Shown: positions 24,110-39,260, numbered from the stretch's first letter. The stretch is DNA of 64,000 bases from Octopus vulgaris (GCA_951406725.2 OX597821.1:27652001-27716000), one strand, 5' to 3'. Notes: a model not told the origin generated them from the sequence alone. Made by a program: numbers and translations.

Positions 24110-25800
24110 AAGCCAATCTCCAACGTGTTTTATGAAGTAAATATAAAAACATTTGTAAAAAAAATATTCATTGTGTAATGTTTTCGCTGGTGTCGACATA
24201 GAGTTGGCCGTGGGAGAAGCATGTAGTAGAGAGATCAAGTGCAACTACCTTGATGGATTGACCCTGAGATTTGTTAATTGAAATACCCAAACTTATTTTG
24301 ACTGGAAATTGAAGCATCTTCAATTCAAATGGAACATATGGAGGTATAAGAGGAATTTTAGAAATAAAGATATGTTTTTCTTTTGTGACTACCTGTTATG
24401 AATGTTGCCTGTACGACATGGGGCTTTGTCGAAGTAACAACTAAGCGAGTTTCATTACACAGCTGAAATTGGTCAAAATTCCTAAGCAACGCAATGGGAG
24501 CACCTAGCTTAGTGTCAAGTTATGCGGTTGCATTCCAGATTGTTTAAGTATGTTCAAAAATTCAATAGTGTATTGAACAACTTGATCTTGATCGACTGTT
24601 TTCAATTGATCAACAAGTCATTTCTGAAGTATCTGTTAAATTTTGAAGTTCATGATTGAGTCTATCGACTATTTTATGAGTTGGTACAGCTGTTTAACAT
24701 AGCCAATTTACATCAGTGTAATTGGAAATACTTTATCTATAAGATCTCTAAGAGGAAGTATCATTTGACCACATGTAATTTCACGTATCTGAAATCTTGA
24801 GTTGAATGTTAATATCCATTTACAAATCTTAAGAAGTCGTATGATCACTTTGTAGAAATACTTTGATGTTGATTGTAAGATGATATTTTTTCACATCTCC
24901 AAATGGACGATTTTTTGAAGCACGTCTGTAGCGTTTGATCCTTTGGGGATAACTAGAAACGTTTTACGAAAACCTCCTGCAAGAACTGCCATTCCTCCCA
25001 TGAGCGTGCTATTGTTTTTTGTCTTGGAGGTTACTGTCAAGTACCACTGGAGCTCCACAATGTGCACTCATCGAAAACAATGAGGCAATTTGTTGGAGAA
25101 CTGTTGCCATTGCAGGATTTTGCAAATATTGCACATTTGAGATTCTTTCATTGCAAGGTGTAGAAGGAGCTTCAACATGGAATAGGCAGTTCTCCCATTG
25201 AGGGGTGGGGTTAGCTGTAATATCAGAAGACGCAACATTAGAAGTTTAAATTTTATTTCGTCCCATTCAGAATTGTTGGTGAAAGTGACAAAATGATCTG
25301 GTTTTCCACATGTCTTGATATATGTCAGGCCATCTTGTGATCGTTCGTGCATATATCGAGGATCCCTTGCGAATGATGATGGGTGGAATATATGTTGCCC
25401 CATGTTTTGAATATCAGCATCTGTCCTCTGAGCATCTTGGTGATAAGCATAATTTTTAGCCCTTAATTTTTTTTTGATTGTTACGACTGTAGCGGAGACG
25501 CTGACTCTCAACTTTAGCACACGTATCAACCAGGTGTTGCTGAAGTGGATCACGATACATGTGTAATTGAAATCATTGTTCTCATCTTAACACCAGTCGG
25601 TAATGATAGACGTCATTTGACATTACCTTTTTCTTTGTAATTGGCTCTCATGTTCCAAGTTTAAACTGTGAGATATCCATATTATACATTCCACAAGAAT
25701 AAGAGGATATTGGAGAGCATCATAAGAGGTATGCGTTTCTCAAGCACGTATAAATTTGCTATCTCGAGCACGAATGAGATTATTACGCTTTCATGGGGAA
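24110..25800 (-). mobile_element. Decayed, internally deleted Helitron (Rep/PIF1-like helicase pseudogene)
   Basis: Minus-strand motifs: ETHTSYDALQYPL (~25700-25740), PSSFARDPRYMHERSQDGLTYIKTCGKPDHFVTFT (Rep), NGRTAYSMLKL, GGMAVLAGGFRKT (helicase motif III) and SINKSQGQSIKVVALDLSTTCFSHGQLYV (motifs V/VI, ~24195-24283); frameshifted. Confidence 0.9.
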
Positions 25801-26314
25801 TATTTATCATAAGGATGTCTCAGTAAAACGGCGTACAATCTCCTTTACAATAGTTTACGATAGACGTAACAAACGCGGCAATAAACACACACACACTCAC
25901 AGTCACATAGACACTCATACAATTGATAATATTGAAAACAGCAAAACACACATACGAAGTTAATGCGAAAAGAAATTTAGTCAATATATGCGCAAAAAAT
26001 ACTTTCTGTAGCATTCCAGCGTCGGAAAGACACTAATTATTATGCGTCACCAAAGTGCAGAAAGTCGAAATATATTTGGAACATGTACTACGTGTTATAA
26101 AATTTAGGATTGAATGTCATGGTGAGGTAAGTCAAGCTCCAAGAAAGTTCGGAAGGCATATTTCAATTTTTCATACAAAAAAAAAAAACTCTTTAAACGA
26201 AAGCTGAACAAAGTGTGTAGAAAGGAATTTGTTGGTGTTGTGAACGTTAATTACTTTAAAACATTTGCTGAAAGATGTATGTAGCTAGACATCAATTAAT
26301 GTGACATCACTTAT

Positions 26315-27517
26315 TATATTAGGTATATAAAATTGAGTGAAATTTAATAGTATTCTAGAATGTCTAATGGAATTAAAATTTTATATTTATGCATTTGTGT
26401 ACATTTAAAGTAATTAAATATTATTTTATAGAATAAGCGAATTAAAATTTCTTCGATTAAAACCCTTTCTATCATGGAAGTATCCAAAGAGCATTTGAGG
26501 CACTACATGCTTTATGAGTACAAAAAAAAAGAAGACTGTGCAGCCGAAGCGACTTGAAACAAACACTCAGTTTATGGGAAAGAAGGCTTGAATGAAAGCA
26601 CTTGCAGAAGATGGTTTGCAAAATGCAGAAGTGCAGATTTCAGCCTTGAAGATGAAGTTCGAAGAGGACGTCCAGTTGAGTTTGATGATAAGCTCCATAA
26701 GGCATTACTTGAAGAAAATCCTGCATTATCAGCTGCAGAATTGGCAATAAAGCTTAGTTCAAACCATACAACTGTTTATCGTCATCTTCAAAAACCTGGA
26801 AAGGTTCGTAAACTTGGAAAATGTGTGCCTCAATAATTGTCCGAAGGCAAACGCAAATTCCTTGTTGACAGGTGCTCTTTTCTCCATTCTCGCGAACTCA
26901 TTTCACCCTTTTTAGATAGACTTGTGACTGTTGACGAAAAATGGGAAAAATCCCAACAACAAGTGAAAAGGGAACTTCATGGTAAAAAAGGTTCTTCTCT
27001 CTTTCTGGTAGGTTTGCAAAGGAATAATTCACTTTTAATTGTTACCACCTAATACAACAATCAATGCTCACGTCTACTGTCAGCAATTAGAGCGTTTGAA
27101 CCAAGCTTTGAAGAAAAAAGACCTGCTATAGTGAATCGAAGAAGGCTAATGTTTTATCAGGACAATGCGCGACCCCACACTGCAACGATCACATCACAGA
27201 AGATCGAAGAGCTTGGTTGGGACAATTTTTCTCATCCACCTTATTTTCTCGACGATGCACCTTCAAACTACCATTTGTTTCGTAATTTACAGAATCATTT
27301 CGCATGTCAGCAAGAGGTCGAAACTGACATTTCAGAGTTCTTCGCTTTGAAACCAAGACTAACATTCATGGGATTAAAAAGCTTGTAAATAGATGGGAGG
27401 AATTCATAGATAATCAGGGAAAGTATATTGATGATTAAATTTCAATTAAATATAACCTTTTATCACTTGTTTTCTTTATTCAAAATTGGGACAGGACTTA
27501 TGGGATAACCTGATATA
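26315..27517 (+). mobile_element. Decayed mariner transposon (DD34D-type transposase pseudogene)
   Basis: MEVSKEHLRHYMLYEY start (~26474), RRWF..FSLEDEVRRGRP, CVPQ*L (WVPHEL), TVDEKW, QDNARPH, HPPYFLDDAPSNYHLF. Right TIR ...CTTATGGGATAACCTGATATA; left TIR only partial (TATTAGGT). Confidence 0.92.
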
Positions 27518-30500
27518 TAACTGTGTAATGCTGTAGAATAAATACTAACTAACGCAGTAACTAAGATAAGCAGCATTGATTATTCACACTGCTAAAGCAG
27601 CATAGCAGAAATATGATAAAGATGCTTGGACAGGTAAAAAAACATTATCTTCAACCTGGTTATAAGGACTGGAATAACATTTCTGTAATTATATTGAAAG
27701 TGCCATTAAAGCTTTCTACTTCACCAAGTTTCCGAATTTGTTATAATAATCAAAATAACATTTTTTCCACATATTTTTGCGAGTGATTTGAGTACAGTCA
27801 AATCAGCCAAATCGTCATGTTCCTTATACAAATCAATAATATTTCAGCACATAAGTAGTGATAATAGATAATGATGCTTAAACCCCAACTCTCCATGGTG
27901 AAAAGGAAGATCCAAACAGCGGTACTTCAAAGTGAACAGTGCTTTTCGTTCAACGTCCAGGCCGCAACTAAACTAAACTCTTTCAAAATTGGTAGCTTTC
28001 AATGTTAGCCTGTACAGTCACATACATATCCTCGGACTCACACAGACATACATTCAGGCAAATCTCAGGCCTGTCTCTGTCGCTCTATTTGTCTGTCTCT
28101 GTGGTTATGTGAGTGTCAGTCTTCATAAAAATGTGTGTATACTGACAGACACATACACACGCAATTAGAAAGTGTGGCATCGTAGTGATGAGAGTGGTGG
28201 TATAAAATATCGTTTACGATAGTTTACTTAAAGAAAGATTATGATATTAAATATTAATAATGCAAAAATGTACACGAAAATAAATTTATTTGGTAGCCGA
28301 AAAATTACCGAATCTTTTGACACCTTATACCTCAAAAATCAGCCCCTCAGTTTTCGCATCTATAAGCAACATACGCACGCACACAAAGACACACACAAAC
28401 ACACACATACATGCACAAACACACACACACTCGCACACACGCTCACACTCACACTCACACAGAGATTCTTTTATATATTAAGATATACATATGCTCTACA
28501 GACTTAGGCATGCACATGTGTGTGTCTGTGTGTGTATGTGTGTCTGCGTGTGTGTAACTGTGTGTGTGTTTGTGTGTGTGTCTGTGTGTGTGCTTAGCTT
28601 ATCCGGTTATGATTACTAGCGGATATACATTATCCCATTCATTAGAATATGCATGATGATAGTACGTAAATTTCGCTTGAAATCACGTTAGTTATTTTTT
28701 GTTTGCATCCTGGTTTTACCATTGTAATTATCATATAGAAACTTTTTGTTAATTAATACATATTGATATATATTTCAAGTATATTTCCTCCAGCATTATT
28801 TGAAAATATGTAATGAACATGTATTTTCAATATCTCATCCTTTCATGGAAAATTTTGGTACGTTTTGCTGTATGTACGTATGATTATCTAACAATATATT
28901 AACTTTCACTTGCTTAAAGTTTTCCAGAAAAAACTTTATTTGAAGATAATTTATTATATTTATTTCCGTGGGATAATTAATTAGCTATGCCTAGTCAGGT
29001 ACGTTATTTACTTAGTGATGTTCTTCACGTCTTGCTTCTGCTTCTATAACCTAACATACTGATTATGTTCGCATGCAGATAGCGTCTAAGATTCATTTAT
29101 CAAGTGCATAATTTTTTTTTTACCTAAATTTTATGTCATTTTAAAACAATTTTAGAATTATTTCATGCCCTTTTCCAGAAACGCATAACATATCCTTCAC
29201 TACGCTGGGCTAATGCTCCGGACAAGTGCTGGTGGAATTCTCCCAGTAAATAAAATAACTTTAACAATTGACATGTATGTCATCATCGGGTAATACCTAC
29301 TTGCTGACCATTTGCTTCTACCAACATTTGTTTTATCGAATAAATAATTTCACATTATCTTAAATATGGTTGGTTAGTTTATTATCATAGATCTTCCTTT
29401 TAATGCCATATTCTTATCCAACGATGACAAGCAATTTGTCTCACTGAATATAGCATTAATTTGTAGATTCTCTTTCAAACTTTGCTACTTTTAAGGTACT
29501 ACATTCTGTTGCTTCGGGTCTGGGAATAGTGTTTCAAGCTGCTTGTGCACAGACTGAGTTCTTCAAAACAGAAATAGCAGTGAATAATGCAAAATTGATG
29601 TATTAGAGTTATATTCCCTCGGATTTCGAATGGTGAATGTAAGATATCACAAAGAAAGTTAAAATCCTTCTTTTCATTACTTCTCACTGTTGCTATGGAA
29701 TCATAGTTTGAACAATGTATTCATATGTTCATACATAAACAACAATATATGCCATTTTCATGCTGCTCCTACATGGTATCTCTGTATATAAAGTGTTTAA
29801 GATAAATATAGAACAAATTGCAGTTTCAAAATCTGCAATATATAGCTTCTCTATAAATAATTCTCTATGGATGTTATCTCCAATATAGTTTGAAAACCGT
29901 TTATGAATATATTATTTCAAATAGGTGTTGCTCTGTTGCATAAAAGATTACAGATAATTGTCGATCACGGTGACTCAAACGAAAAATTTCTAAGATGAAA
30001 TAGCAGACCACCGTGGCTATAGTGTTACCTGCATGTAAGATAATGTTGAAATTAAGGCAATAATCTACACCACCCAAGTGGTTTCAAACCTACATATATG
30101 GATAAAAACGGGAATAGATGGCGTTTATGTATGTGAATTACGTCAAACACTATATATTGGTATTTATTTATGATGCCTTAATCGACTCGAGTGCAACTGG
30201 AACAAGGCACCGCAAATTGTGCTACGTATACACATTGATGGACTGAGTTATTATCGGCACAATTATTTCAAATGGATATATATATATAACATGTTTGTGT
30301 AGCGGGATCGTGGCTTTTACACATGTTACAGAAGCTACGTTGCTAATCCTACTTGTAAATTAGAATCAATACTGATGCGCCGAAACTTGGAACATTTTAT
30401 CGAGTCTGAGTTGTCCTCTCATCGAAAATGTATCATATATTCTAATGTCAACTTCATCGATGAGGTATTTGAACATTACGAAGTTTTAAATAGCGAAGTC

Positions 30501-33030
30501 CATTGTGTAGTATGAATTCAAACTTAGGACTTACTTTCAAATATTAAAAATGGTGATGCACTGCTCCTATTTTGATATACTTTTCTTTGTGTATTTCCTA
30601 TATCTCATAAGATTAGTGATCGTGGAATTGAACACTAGACCTGCATATTTTCTTCTAACCATGTCATAAGTTGGCCTGGGGTAGGCATTCATCTGCACCC
30701 AGTGGTAAGGCTCCAGCTCGACATTTCAGGAGTTTTATGGAACATAGAATTACCTTTAGTCCTGCGTTACACTACAGGAACTCTGGCCCGAAGTGTTACA
30801 ATCCATGGCCCCGTTTCTTGTTCAACTAATGAAACATGCTTCTTTCGCTAAGCTTTTTGGAACTCAAAGAACGGTTATTCGTTATAGGTATACCACACTT
30901 CCAGCAATATGTGGAACGTCTGTAATGCCACGTTAATAAGTTTAGTGTTATATAGTCCCGATGCCTCAATTCCGAGCTCCAGAGCGCAGGCAATTATGAA
31001 AGTAAGCTGTAAATATACTTATAGAAAGTAACGAGAAACTAATCCCGTATCTTTCTTAAGGAACTGATTACATTTTCAAACACCGCCACAGAGGCCTATC
31101 ATCTCCTAACGCTGTACATGTAGCACGTAAAGAGAACGAGAAACCGCCAACAAAACGTTATCAATTTTAAAGAGGCAGAATAGTTCATTTGGCTATTGAA
31201 GCACAACAAAATAATAATTGATTCGGATTTGAACTAAAACATCGAAGGAAATGACTTGAAAATCTAGCATGGTCATTTTGTTCCATTTCGAGCTATGACA
31301 TATTGAGCATCTGTGTGAATTGCTATCTAAACATATGATTATATTATCTACATTATCGTGGTTTTCTATTCGAGCAAAGATTTATAGTCAAATTGAAGCC
31401 ACGGACTAGATATTACAAACACCTAAATTGGCAATATACTCTTATTCTTTGTGATCTGCTGGGAACTGATCATAGCATGTAATGGCAATCACCATAAAAT
31501 ATCATAAGTGTAAATCTCAAATGACATTTTATTCCAATAAACAGAAATTTGCGATTTAAATTTTCCTAACTTCAACATCTAACAGCTGAAAATAGCGAGC
31601 ATAAAGCTCCAATAACGAATATGATCATCTTTCCGTAATAATATATTAATATATAGCCCTCACCATATATTAACATATAGCCCCGTTACCACCATCACCA
31701 CCACATAGAAACGCGTATATGCTCATACATTTATGTCATATATGTGTGTGTGAAAGCAAATGTGCGTTTGTGGCTTTGTGTGTGCGTATATATATAAGAG
31801 TAACTCAAATGCTCTAAGTATGTTTTACGGAAATATAACCTGAATTCAATGTATATCGTGGGAATCGGAAACATCAATGCGACACCGTAACTTGTAATGT
31901 TATCGTGGCTTTTATAGTGTGACCGTTAAACTTTGAGGAATGGAGGTTTTTATGTACAGCAAATGGGTGAGATTCAGAAAAATATGAATCATTTATGATG
32001 CGTCTGCGATTTTGTGTTACTTTTTTTATCAGGCGTTACTCTGCGAGCTACATAGTTGTGAGTGTGAGCCAGTAGATGGTTTAGAATATTAAAAAAGATA
32101 ATTTTTTTTTGCTAATTAGAAAATGAAGATAGAAAAAATAATTTTATTCTTCGGCTAATATTTCAATGAACGTATGATATAACGTGAAAATTAGTTAAGG
32201 GCACATCATTGAAAGTTTCAAAAATAATGTAAAGCAGTAGGTCTGGGAAACAGTGAAACATGAACACAAACAACATCAGCTTTTGCTTAACAACTTTAAA
32301 AAGAAGAAATATAATTAATTCCAACACGCAAATACTCTAGGGATATCCAAAGAAATGTACACAAGTCTTTAGGTACAATCATCCATTTTATTATCATATA
32401 AGCACATCTTTTGCTAAATACGACATAGAGAAAAGCACAACTTCCATTCTAGAAATATCGTTCACCTTCCAATATCTAACACCTTACAACAACTGACACT
32501 TACAATATCCCCTTACAATAACTAACAATATCTCAAACATTAAAAACATCAACGGCATACATCACACTGGCACAAACACTTCATCCTACAAGTGTCCGAG
32601 GACATAAAGCATTTCACTTGGGAATACATATTCTGCAAATTTCATGCGAGCGTATAAATTTAGACAGGTGCTCCTAATTTCCAGTCAAATACATTCCGGA
32701 GAACAAAAGGCGTACATAAACATTATTCCAAATCATGTGTGTACTTATACGTAATAAATGTTGTACAACCCAACATGTAAATACTGCATCTGTGCATATC
32801 TATCCACAAAGCGCCAGAAACAAAATTATTTCTTTTACAAAAAAAATAAATAAATAAATAAATACATAAATAAACAAACCTTTAGCACGAAAAACTGTAA
32901 CCACTTTCATTATGTTATATGTTTTTCGGTCATCCAGAATATTTTCGAGGAACAACGTGGAAAGTAACATACACACCTCTCCACCCCCCAAAAAACCAGA
33001 AAATGGAAAATGTAGAATACACACACACAA

Positions 33031-33084
<54 letters not shown>

Positions 33085-33426
33085 GTGTTTGTGCGTACAA
33101 GGTAGGTGCTGAAATATTTTTAAGGATATAGTGAAAGGCGTGGTTGGAATGATTGTACATGGCTTAGCAAATCTAGAGGAACGCTGCAATAAATGTGTGA
33201 ATTCGAGAGGGGAATACAAAACCCAGGAAATTTGAAGCAACACCCTATATACACACGCACACGCACACACACACATATATATATAGATATATAATATAAT
33301 ATAATATAATATAATATAATATAATATAATATACTAGAAATTAGCTAAAAAGTTAAATAAACACCAATGCAAGACATCTCAGGTCTTATATGTTATTATT
33401 ATTAAAAATTATTAAGCAATTTTAAA

Positions 33427-33485
33427 GTCTTACAAGTATTTCTGGGATATTCCCAACACATGTAGAATATCCCACCATCGGAGAC
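33427..33485 (-). ncRNA. Type I hammerhead-like motif with a 10-bp stem II, variant core
   Basis: Minus strand: GTCT-CCGATGG-TGGGATATTC(12 nt)GAATATCCCA-GAAA-TACTTG-TA-AGAC. U4C and A9G deviations; lies ~100 bp from a (TATAA)n tract. Confidence 0.55.
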
Positions 33486-34680
33486 AGATGGTGAAAAAGT
33501 GAGAGGATATAGAATACGGAAATGATGGAGAGGTTTATAAAAAAGAGAAAAAGGAAAAAGATAAATAAATGTTCACAGTTTAAGTTTCCGATTGTACAAG
33601 TGATAATCCATGAGCCTTTAGATACAATCTTATATGAATCCAGGTAAGATGATATTCCTCATGTTGTAGATCTTCTGGAAGAATACTTCCATATTGAAGA
33701 TTCATAATAGCACGACAGTGTGAGATAGTAGAAAATGGCTAAAAATAGTGAAACAATAGAAAGAAAAAGGTATCGTAATAGAGTGGTAGATGATATTGAG
33801 GGAGAAAGAGAAAGAAGAAGAATAAAAAGAAGAAGAAGAAGAAGAAGAAGAAGAAGAAGAAGAAGAAGAAGAAGAAGGAGAAGAAGAAGAAGAAGAAGAA
33901 GAAGAAGAAGAAGAAGAAGAAGAAGAAGAAGAAGAAGGAGAAGAAGAAGAGAAGGTGGTCAGATTTACAGAGAGAAAAGTAGCTGACATAGCGTTGCCGA
34001 AGAATAAAAAAATATAAAAGTAGAATGAACAATATAAACAGAAAGATAAAGATAATTAAAGGAATTAAGGTAAAGAAAGATAAAGCAGGTAAAGAAAGAT
34101 AAAGTAAAGTAAAATAAAATAAATACGTAAATAAAGTAGATAAAAGGAATTCAAACAGACAGTAGAGGCTAGTGATGTTCTTCGAGTTATAGAGGTAGTG
34201 CAGGAAGTAAGTTTAGGCGTCACTGGTCAAGGTCAGTGGCTGTAAATATAATCCTAGCTAGCGGGATATGGGTGATGGAAAGTGTGAATGTGTATTGCGA
34301 AACAAGTTAACTGTTAAACTAAATTATTTAGGAATAAAAAATTAGGGGATCTGTGAGGCTAATTTTTTAAAATATAAAGAATTAATAGTTAGGAATGAAG
34401 GAATTACAAGTTGTTAAATAAGTTATTAATAATGATACAGAAGATATACAACGGTATGTGACTAAGACCATGGAGGAATATACGCCATGTATAGGGGTAA
34501 GATTGCACTTAGATTTATGGAAGAATTTAAGTGAGGAAGAATTTGTGCTTGCCTGTTGTGAAGGGTACCTTGTGTTTGTTGAGTATATTTACTTCTCTCC
34601 CCGCCCCTATAACTAGACGAACAACACTAGCAACTATTGTCTGTTTGAATCCCTTTTATCTAGTTTATTTCAACTTCTTA

Positions 34681-34941
<261 letters not shown>

Positions 34942-34974
34942 TGTACTATTTTGTTTTATGATTCTTTCAAATTT

Positions 34975-35138
34975 TGTTACATCGACCCCTGTGTTCAACT
35001 AGTACTTATTTTATTAACCCCGAAATGTTGAAAGGTAAAGTCGACTTGGGTAGTATTTGAACTCAGAACGTAGTGACGGGAGAAATACTGCTAATCATTT
35101 CGTCCAGCGCGCTAACGATTCGACTAACTCGCCACCTT
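34975..35138 (-). mobile_element. tRNA-derived SINE fragment (family of 42300-42705)
   Basis: TAGTACTTATTTTATTAACCCCGAAATGTTGAAAGGTAAAGTCGAC...TTTGAACTCAGAACGTAG...GCTAACGATTC..ACTCGCCACC. Confidence 0.7.
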
Positions 35139-35372
35139 ATAATAATTAGTAAATTTCTTACATAATTGCATTAATGCAAAATGCAAAAAATATTTCAAAA
35201 CAATTTGTCGTGATATTAAACTTTCCTAATTGTTACATAAAATTATCGATCATTTTCTCTTGTATCTTAATGTATATTCTGTTTTGTAGAATGATACCTT
35301 ATGTTTTTATGATTACTACCAGTTTACTTGGATCCTTATGTTATGTGTATGTATGTATTTGTGCATTATCTA

Positions 35373-35443
<71 letters not shown>

Positions 35444-35470
35444 TTATATATCTATCTATCTATCTATCTG

Positions 35471-35551
<81 letters not shown>

Positions 35552-35586
35552 GTCTATCTATCTATCTATCTATCTACCTATCTATA

Positions 35587-35647
<61 letters not shown>

Positions 35648-35992
35648 AAGAGATGCGTGTGTATGTATGCTTGTGCGCGTGTGTATGTATACGTACTTAT
35701 ATATATATATATTTGTGTTTGTGTACCATTTCTCAGTTTTTTCCCGTCATTATTTTTGTATATATCCGCTATTTTCTTCTAAAGAATCTAATACTCTTAG
35801 ACTAGTTTCTCCTTGGGGCTTACCAGATTGGAGCAATCTCGAATATAACCAGCCGAAATTGCAAAGATAACCTGGAGCTCGACTGTGTAGGGACAACTCC
35901 GAATGAACCGTCCTTGCATTCTTTGTATCGTATGTCTGCATGTTTTGTATCACCTAGCTGTCTGGATGTTTTACGCTCTTGTCCCGTTTTTG

Positions 35993-36043
<51 letters not shown>

Positions 36044-36049
<6 letters not shown>

Positions 36050-36262
36050 CAAGATAAGCAACAATAATATCTCGGTAATTTGGTACGATCGTTTCACGCT
36101 ACATGATTTTATTAAGCATTCTAAGTATTACAGGAGTTCTAAAATGATGAGTGCTCAACATTTTAAAACTGCTGTAACATTTACAATGTTTAATAAAATG
36201 ATGTAGCGTGAAACGATCGTACCAAATTCCCGAAGATATTCTTGTTGCTTATTTTGATTATA
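36044..36262. repeat. ~220-bp fold-back palindrome adjacent to (TA)n
   Basis: Arms include the perfect AATTTGGTACGATCGTTTCACGCTACAT / ATGTAGCGTGAAACGATCGTACCAAATT and the outer TATAATCAA.ATAAGCAACAA / TTGTTGCTTAT.TTGATTATA. Confidence 0.85.
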
Positions 36263-36352
36263 ATCACCCCATGGATTTATATGGATAACACCATAAACAA
36301 TTATGGTGCATCTAACTTAAGTACCATATTCATTTGAATCTAAATTTTGCTG

Positions 36353-36387
<35 letters not shown>

Positions 36388-36704
36388 GTGTGTGTGTGTG
36401 TATGTGTGTGTGTTTGTGTGTGTGTGTGTTTGTGCGAGTGTGCGTGTGTGTACGTGTAATATATACATGTAAGCACAACAGTCATGCATGTCAACAATTC
36501 ATTTCATTATGATAACTTACATAACGATTTTCTGACTTACTCTTTAAAATTAAAAACTTGAAACCACATATATGGCACGAGAATATCACTGAGGATATTC
36601 TTGTTTCTAAACGTTCCGTCACGTACGTGTTAAAAACAATAATTTATCTATATTACATACATGACAGCCGTGCTAAACCTTATAGAAAAACCATTTCAAA
36701 GAAT

Positions 36705-36747
<43 letters not shown>

Positions 36748-37281
36748 CTCCAAATAAAGTGGATGAATATTAATATGCCTCGTGCCTTTATGCATATACG
36801 TGTGAACTTCACAAACATGTTTTTCATATCATTTCTGTTAGATCTCTGAGATCAATGTGGTACTTTCATTCGTTGTTCTTTTGTTTTATTCCCACATTTC
36901 CATTGTCGTATTTGTGATAAAGACTTATTTGAATGACTCCTTGTGCGCGAACATGTAAATGCAGATGAGTCTAAATTAAATTATTGCGAAAATAGCAATC
37001 ATTGCAATCCTTTGAAAACCTAAACTTCACATGGCTAAAGTTAAGTAATTAACATTTATTGAGTGAGAAACAGGTTTACACAATGATGCAATCATGATCA
37101 GCTTCATACATCATTGAAAGAATACGGAACACTAGGTGGGGTAGAAATAACCGTAGTAATAGAAATATTGTACATGTTCATAACATCAGTATGATCATCA
37201 GCAAGTAGAACACACGGTTACAGTGGAGATAACAATATGTACGGAGTTGAAAAGAATATTTGGTCGTATGCATACTGATAT

Positions 37282-37659
37282 GAAGGGAAGCACTCCGTCG
37301 GTTACGACGACGAGGGTTCCGGTTGATCCGAATCAACGAAACAGCCTGCTCGTGAAATTAACGTGTAAGTGGCTGAGCACTCCATAGACACGTGTACCCT
37401 TAACGTAGTTCTCGGGGATATTAAGCGTGACAAAGAGAGTGACAAGGCCGGCCCTTTGAAATAAAGGTACAACAGAAACAGGAAGTAAGAGTGAGAGAAA
37501 GTTGCGGTGAAAGAGTACAACAGGGATCACCACCACCCCCTGCCGGAGCATCGTGGTGTTTTCGCTCAATAAACACTCACAACGCCCGGCATGGGAATCG
37601 AAACCGCGATCCTATAACCGCGAGTCCGCTGCCCTAACCACTGGGCCATTGCGCCTCCT
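37282..37659 (-). mobile_element. Full-length tRNA-derived SINE with TSD
   Basis: Minus-strand head GGAGGCGCAATGGCCCAGTGGTTAGGGCAGCGGACTCGCGG...GGTTTCGATTCCC (A/B boxes). TSD ATACTGATAT at 37272-37281 and 37660-37669. Confidence 0.85.
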
Positions 37660-37752
37660 ATACTGATATAAACACATACGCACGCACGCACACACACATA
37701 CACACGCATATTTTATATATATATATATATATAAATATAAATATATCTACAT

Positions 37753-37805
<53 letters not shown>

Positions 37806-38052
37806 TGATAGAATTAGTGGATTTTTAAAAAAATTTAATTATAGCGTTTATAGTGAGTTACACTGATATGAATTTCAAGCTTCAAGTAGCAGTTTTCAAG
37901 CTCAAAAGTGAATGTGTTACTGGTTGCTTCAACAGCAACAGATTTTTCTTACAATTATACATACAAAAACAATGATAAAGGCATATCCAAAACAGGGGAA
38001 ATATATATATAATTATACATTTCTGTTTGTGTGTGAGTGTATGTGTGTGTAC

Positions 38053-38114
<62 letters not shown>

Positions 38115-38367
38115 GAAGGCGGTGGGGTGAATAAAAGAAATTCATTGTTAATAAAGAAAGTAAAAGCGGAGATCTATAATGCAGCTGCAATCCCCTCCAC
38201 GCCATGCGACTGCGCATAACTTCAGTTATCCAGGTCTTATATATTGTATTATCAGCCGGATGATTTTACTTTTGTTTTGGTAGGTGTGAATTAGAGATGT
38301 CACAGAGATCATGGAGTTGTCTTAGAGAGACATGGAGAGAAAATGGTATACTAGTCGCCATGATAGA

Positions 38368-38539
38368 TCGTTAGCCACTACACACATTTTTTTTCTCTCC
38401 GTGTTTTTTCTGTGTCCCTTTCTGTAGAAGAGCGTAGGCTCGAAACGTAAACGATTTTTTTAATACCTGAGCGTTATACTAATACATCTGTTAGTATTGT
38501 ATACCACCCGTCTTTGTCTTTTGTTTTTTCGTAAACTCT

Positions 38540-38543
<4 letters not shown>
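38368..38543 (+). mobile_element. Short HHR-like element ending in (TA)n
   Basis: 38418-38453: CTTT-CTGTAGA-A-GAGC(GTAG)GCTC-GAAA-CG-TA-AACG (A6U variant core); inverted copy at 16168-16345. Confidence 0.65.
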
Positions 38544-38599
<56 letters not shown>

Positions 38600-39119
38600 G
38601 CGGCCGGCTTCTTATAGTAACCTTCTACCAAAATGTAATCACAAGTCTTCGGTTTGTTCAGTACTAACGTAAAAGACACATGCCTCGCGAAGCGGGAATG
38701 AACCCGCAACTAAGTGGTCGGAAAGCAAGCTTCTTACCACACCTACATATATATACTACAGACATAATACTGTCAGTTACAACTAAAAATAAAATTAATA
38801 TACTTAAGATATAATTACAACCAATTCAATTAAAAGAACGAGAGAACGGATGTACATAAATAGTAGTAGATATCGACATCAAAACGGTATGTCAAAGATA
38901 ACCACAATACTCTGTTATATATGTCGATAAGTTAGAAAGGAAAACAATATAAGCGCATGGATGAATCATAATTGGCATTACCATTCATGGGAGACCACAC
39001 TTAACCAGTTTAAATTTTAAAAAAAGAAAACAACCGAAATGAGGAAAGAAAAGCGAAAACCAAGTAACTTATCATCAGTCTGTGATATATGCGACAATAA
39101 AAACAATGGTATCGTTTCA

Positions 39120-39120
39120 T

Positions 39121-39187
<67 letters not shown>

Positions 39188-39260
39188 CAGCAGCAACAGC
39201 AGCAGCAGCAGTAGTAGTAGTAGTAGTAGTAGTAGCAGCAGCAGCAGCAGCAGTAGTAGC

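Noticed and set aside
35790-35835. Hammerhead-like minus-strand CTGGTAA...GAAA-CTAG-TC
   Set aside because: Two core deviations, a weak stem II and no stem I complementarity.
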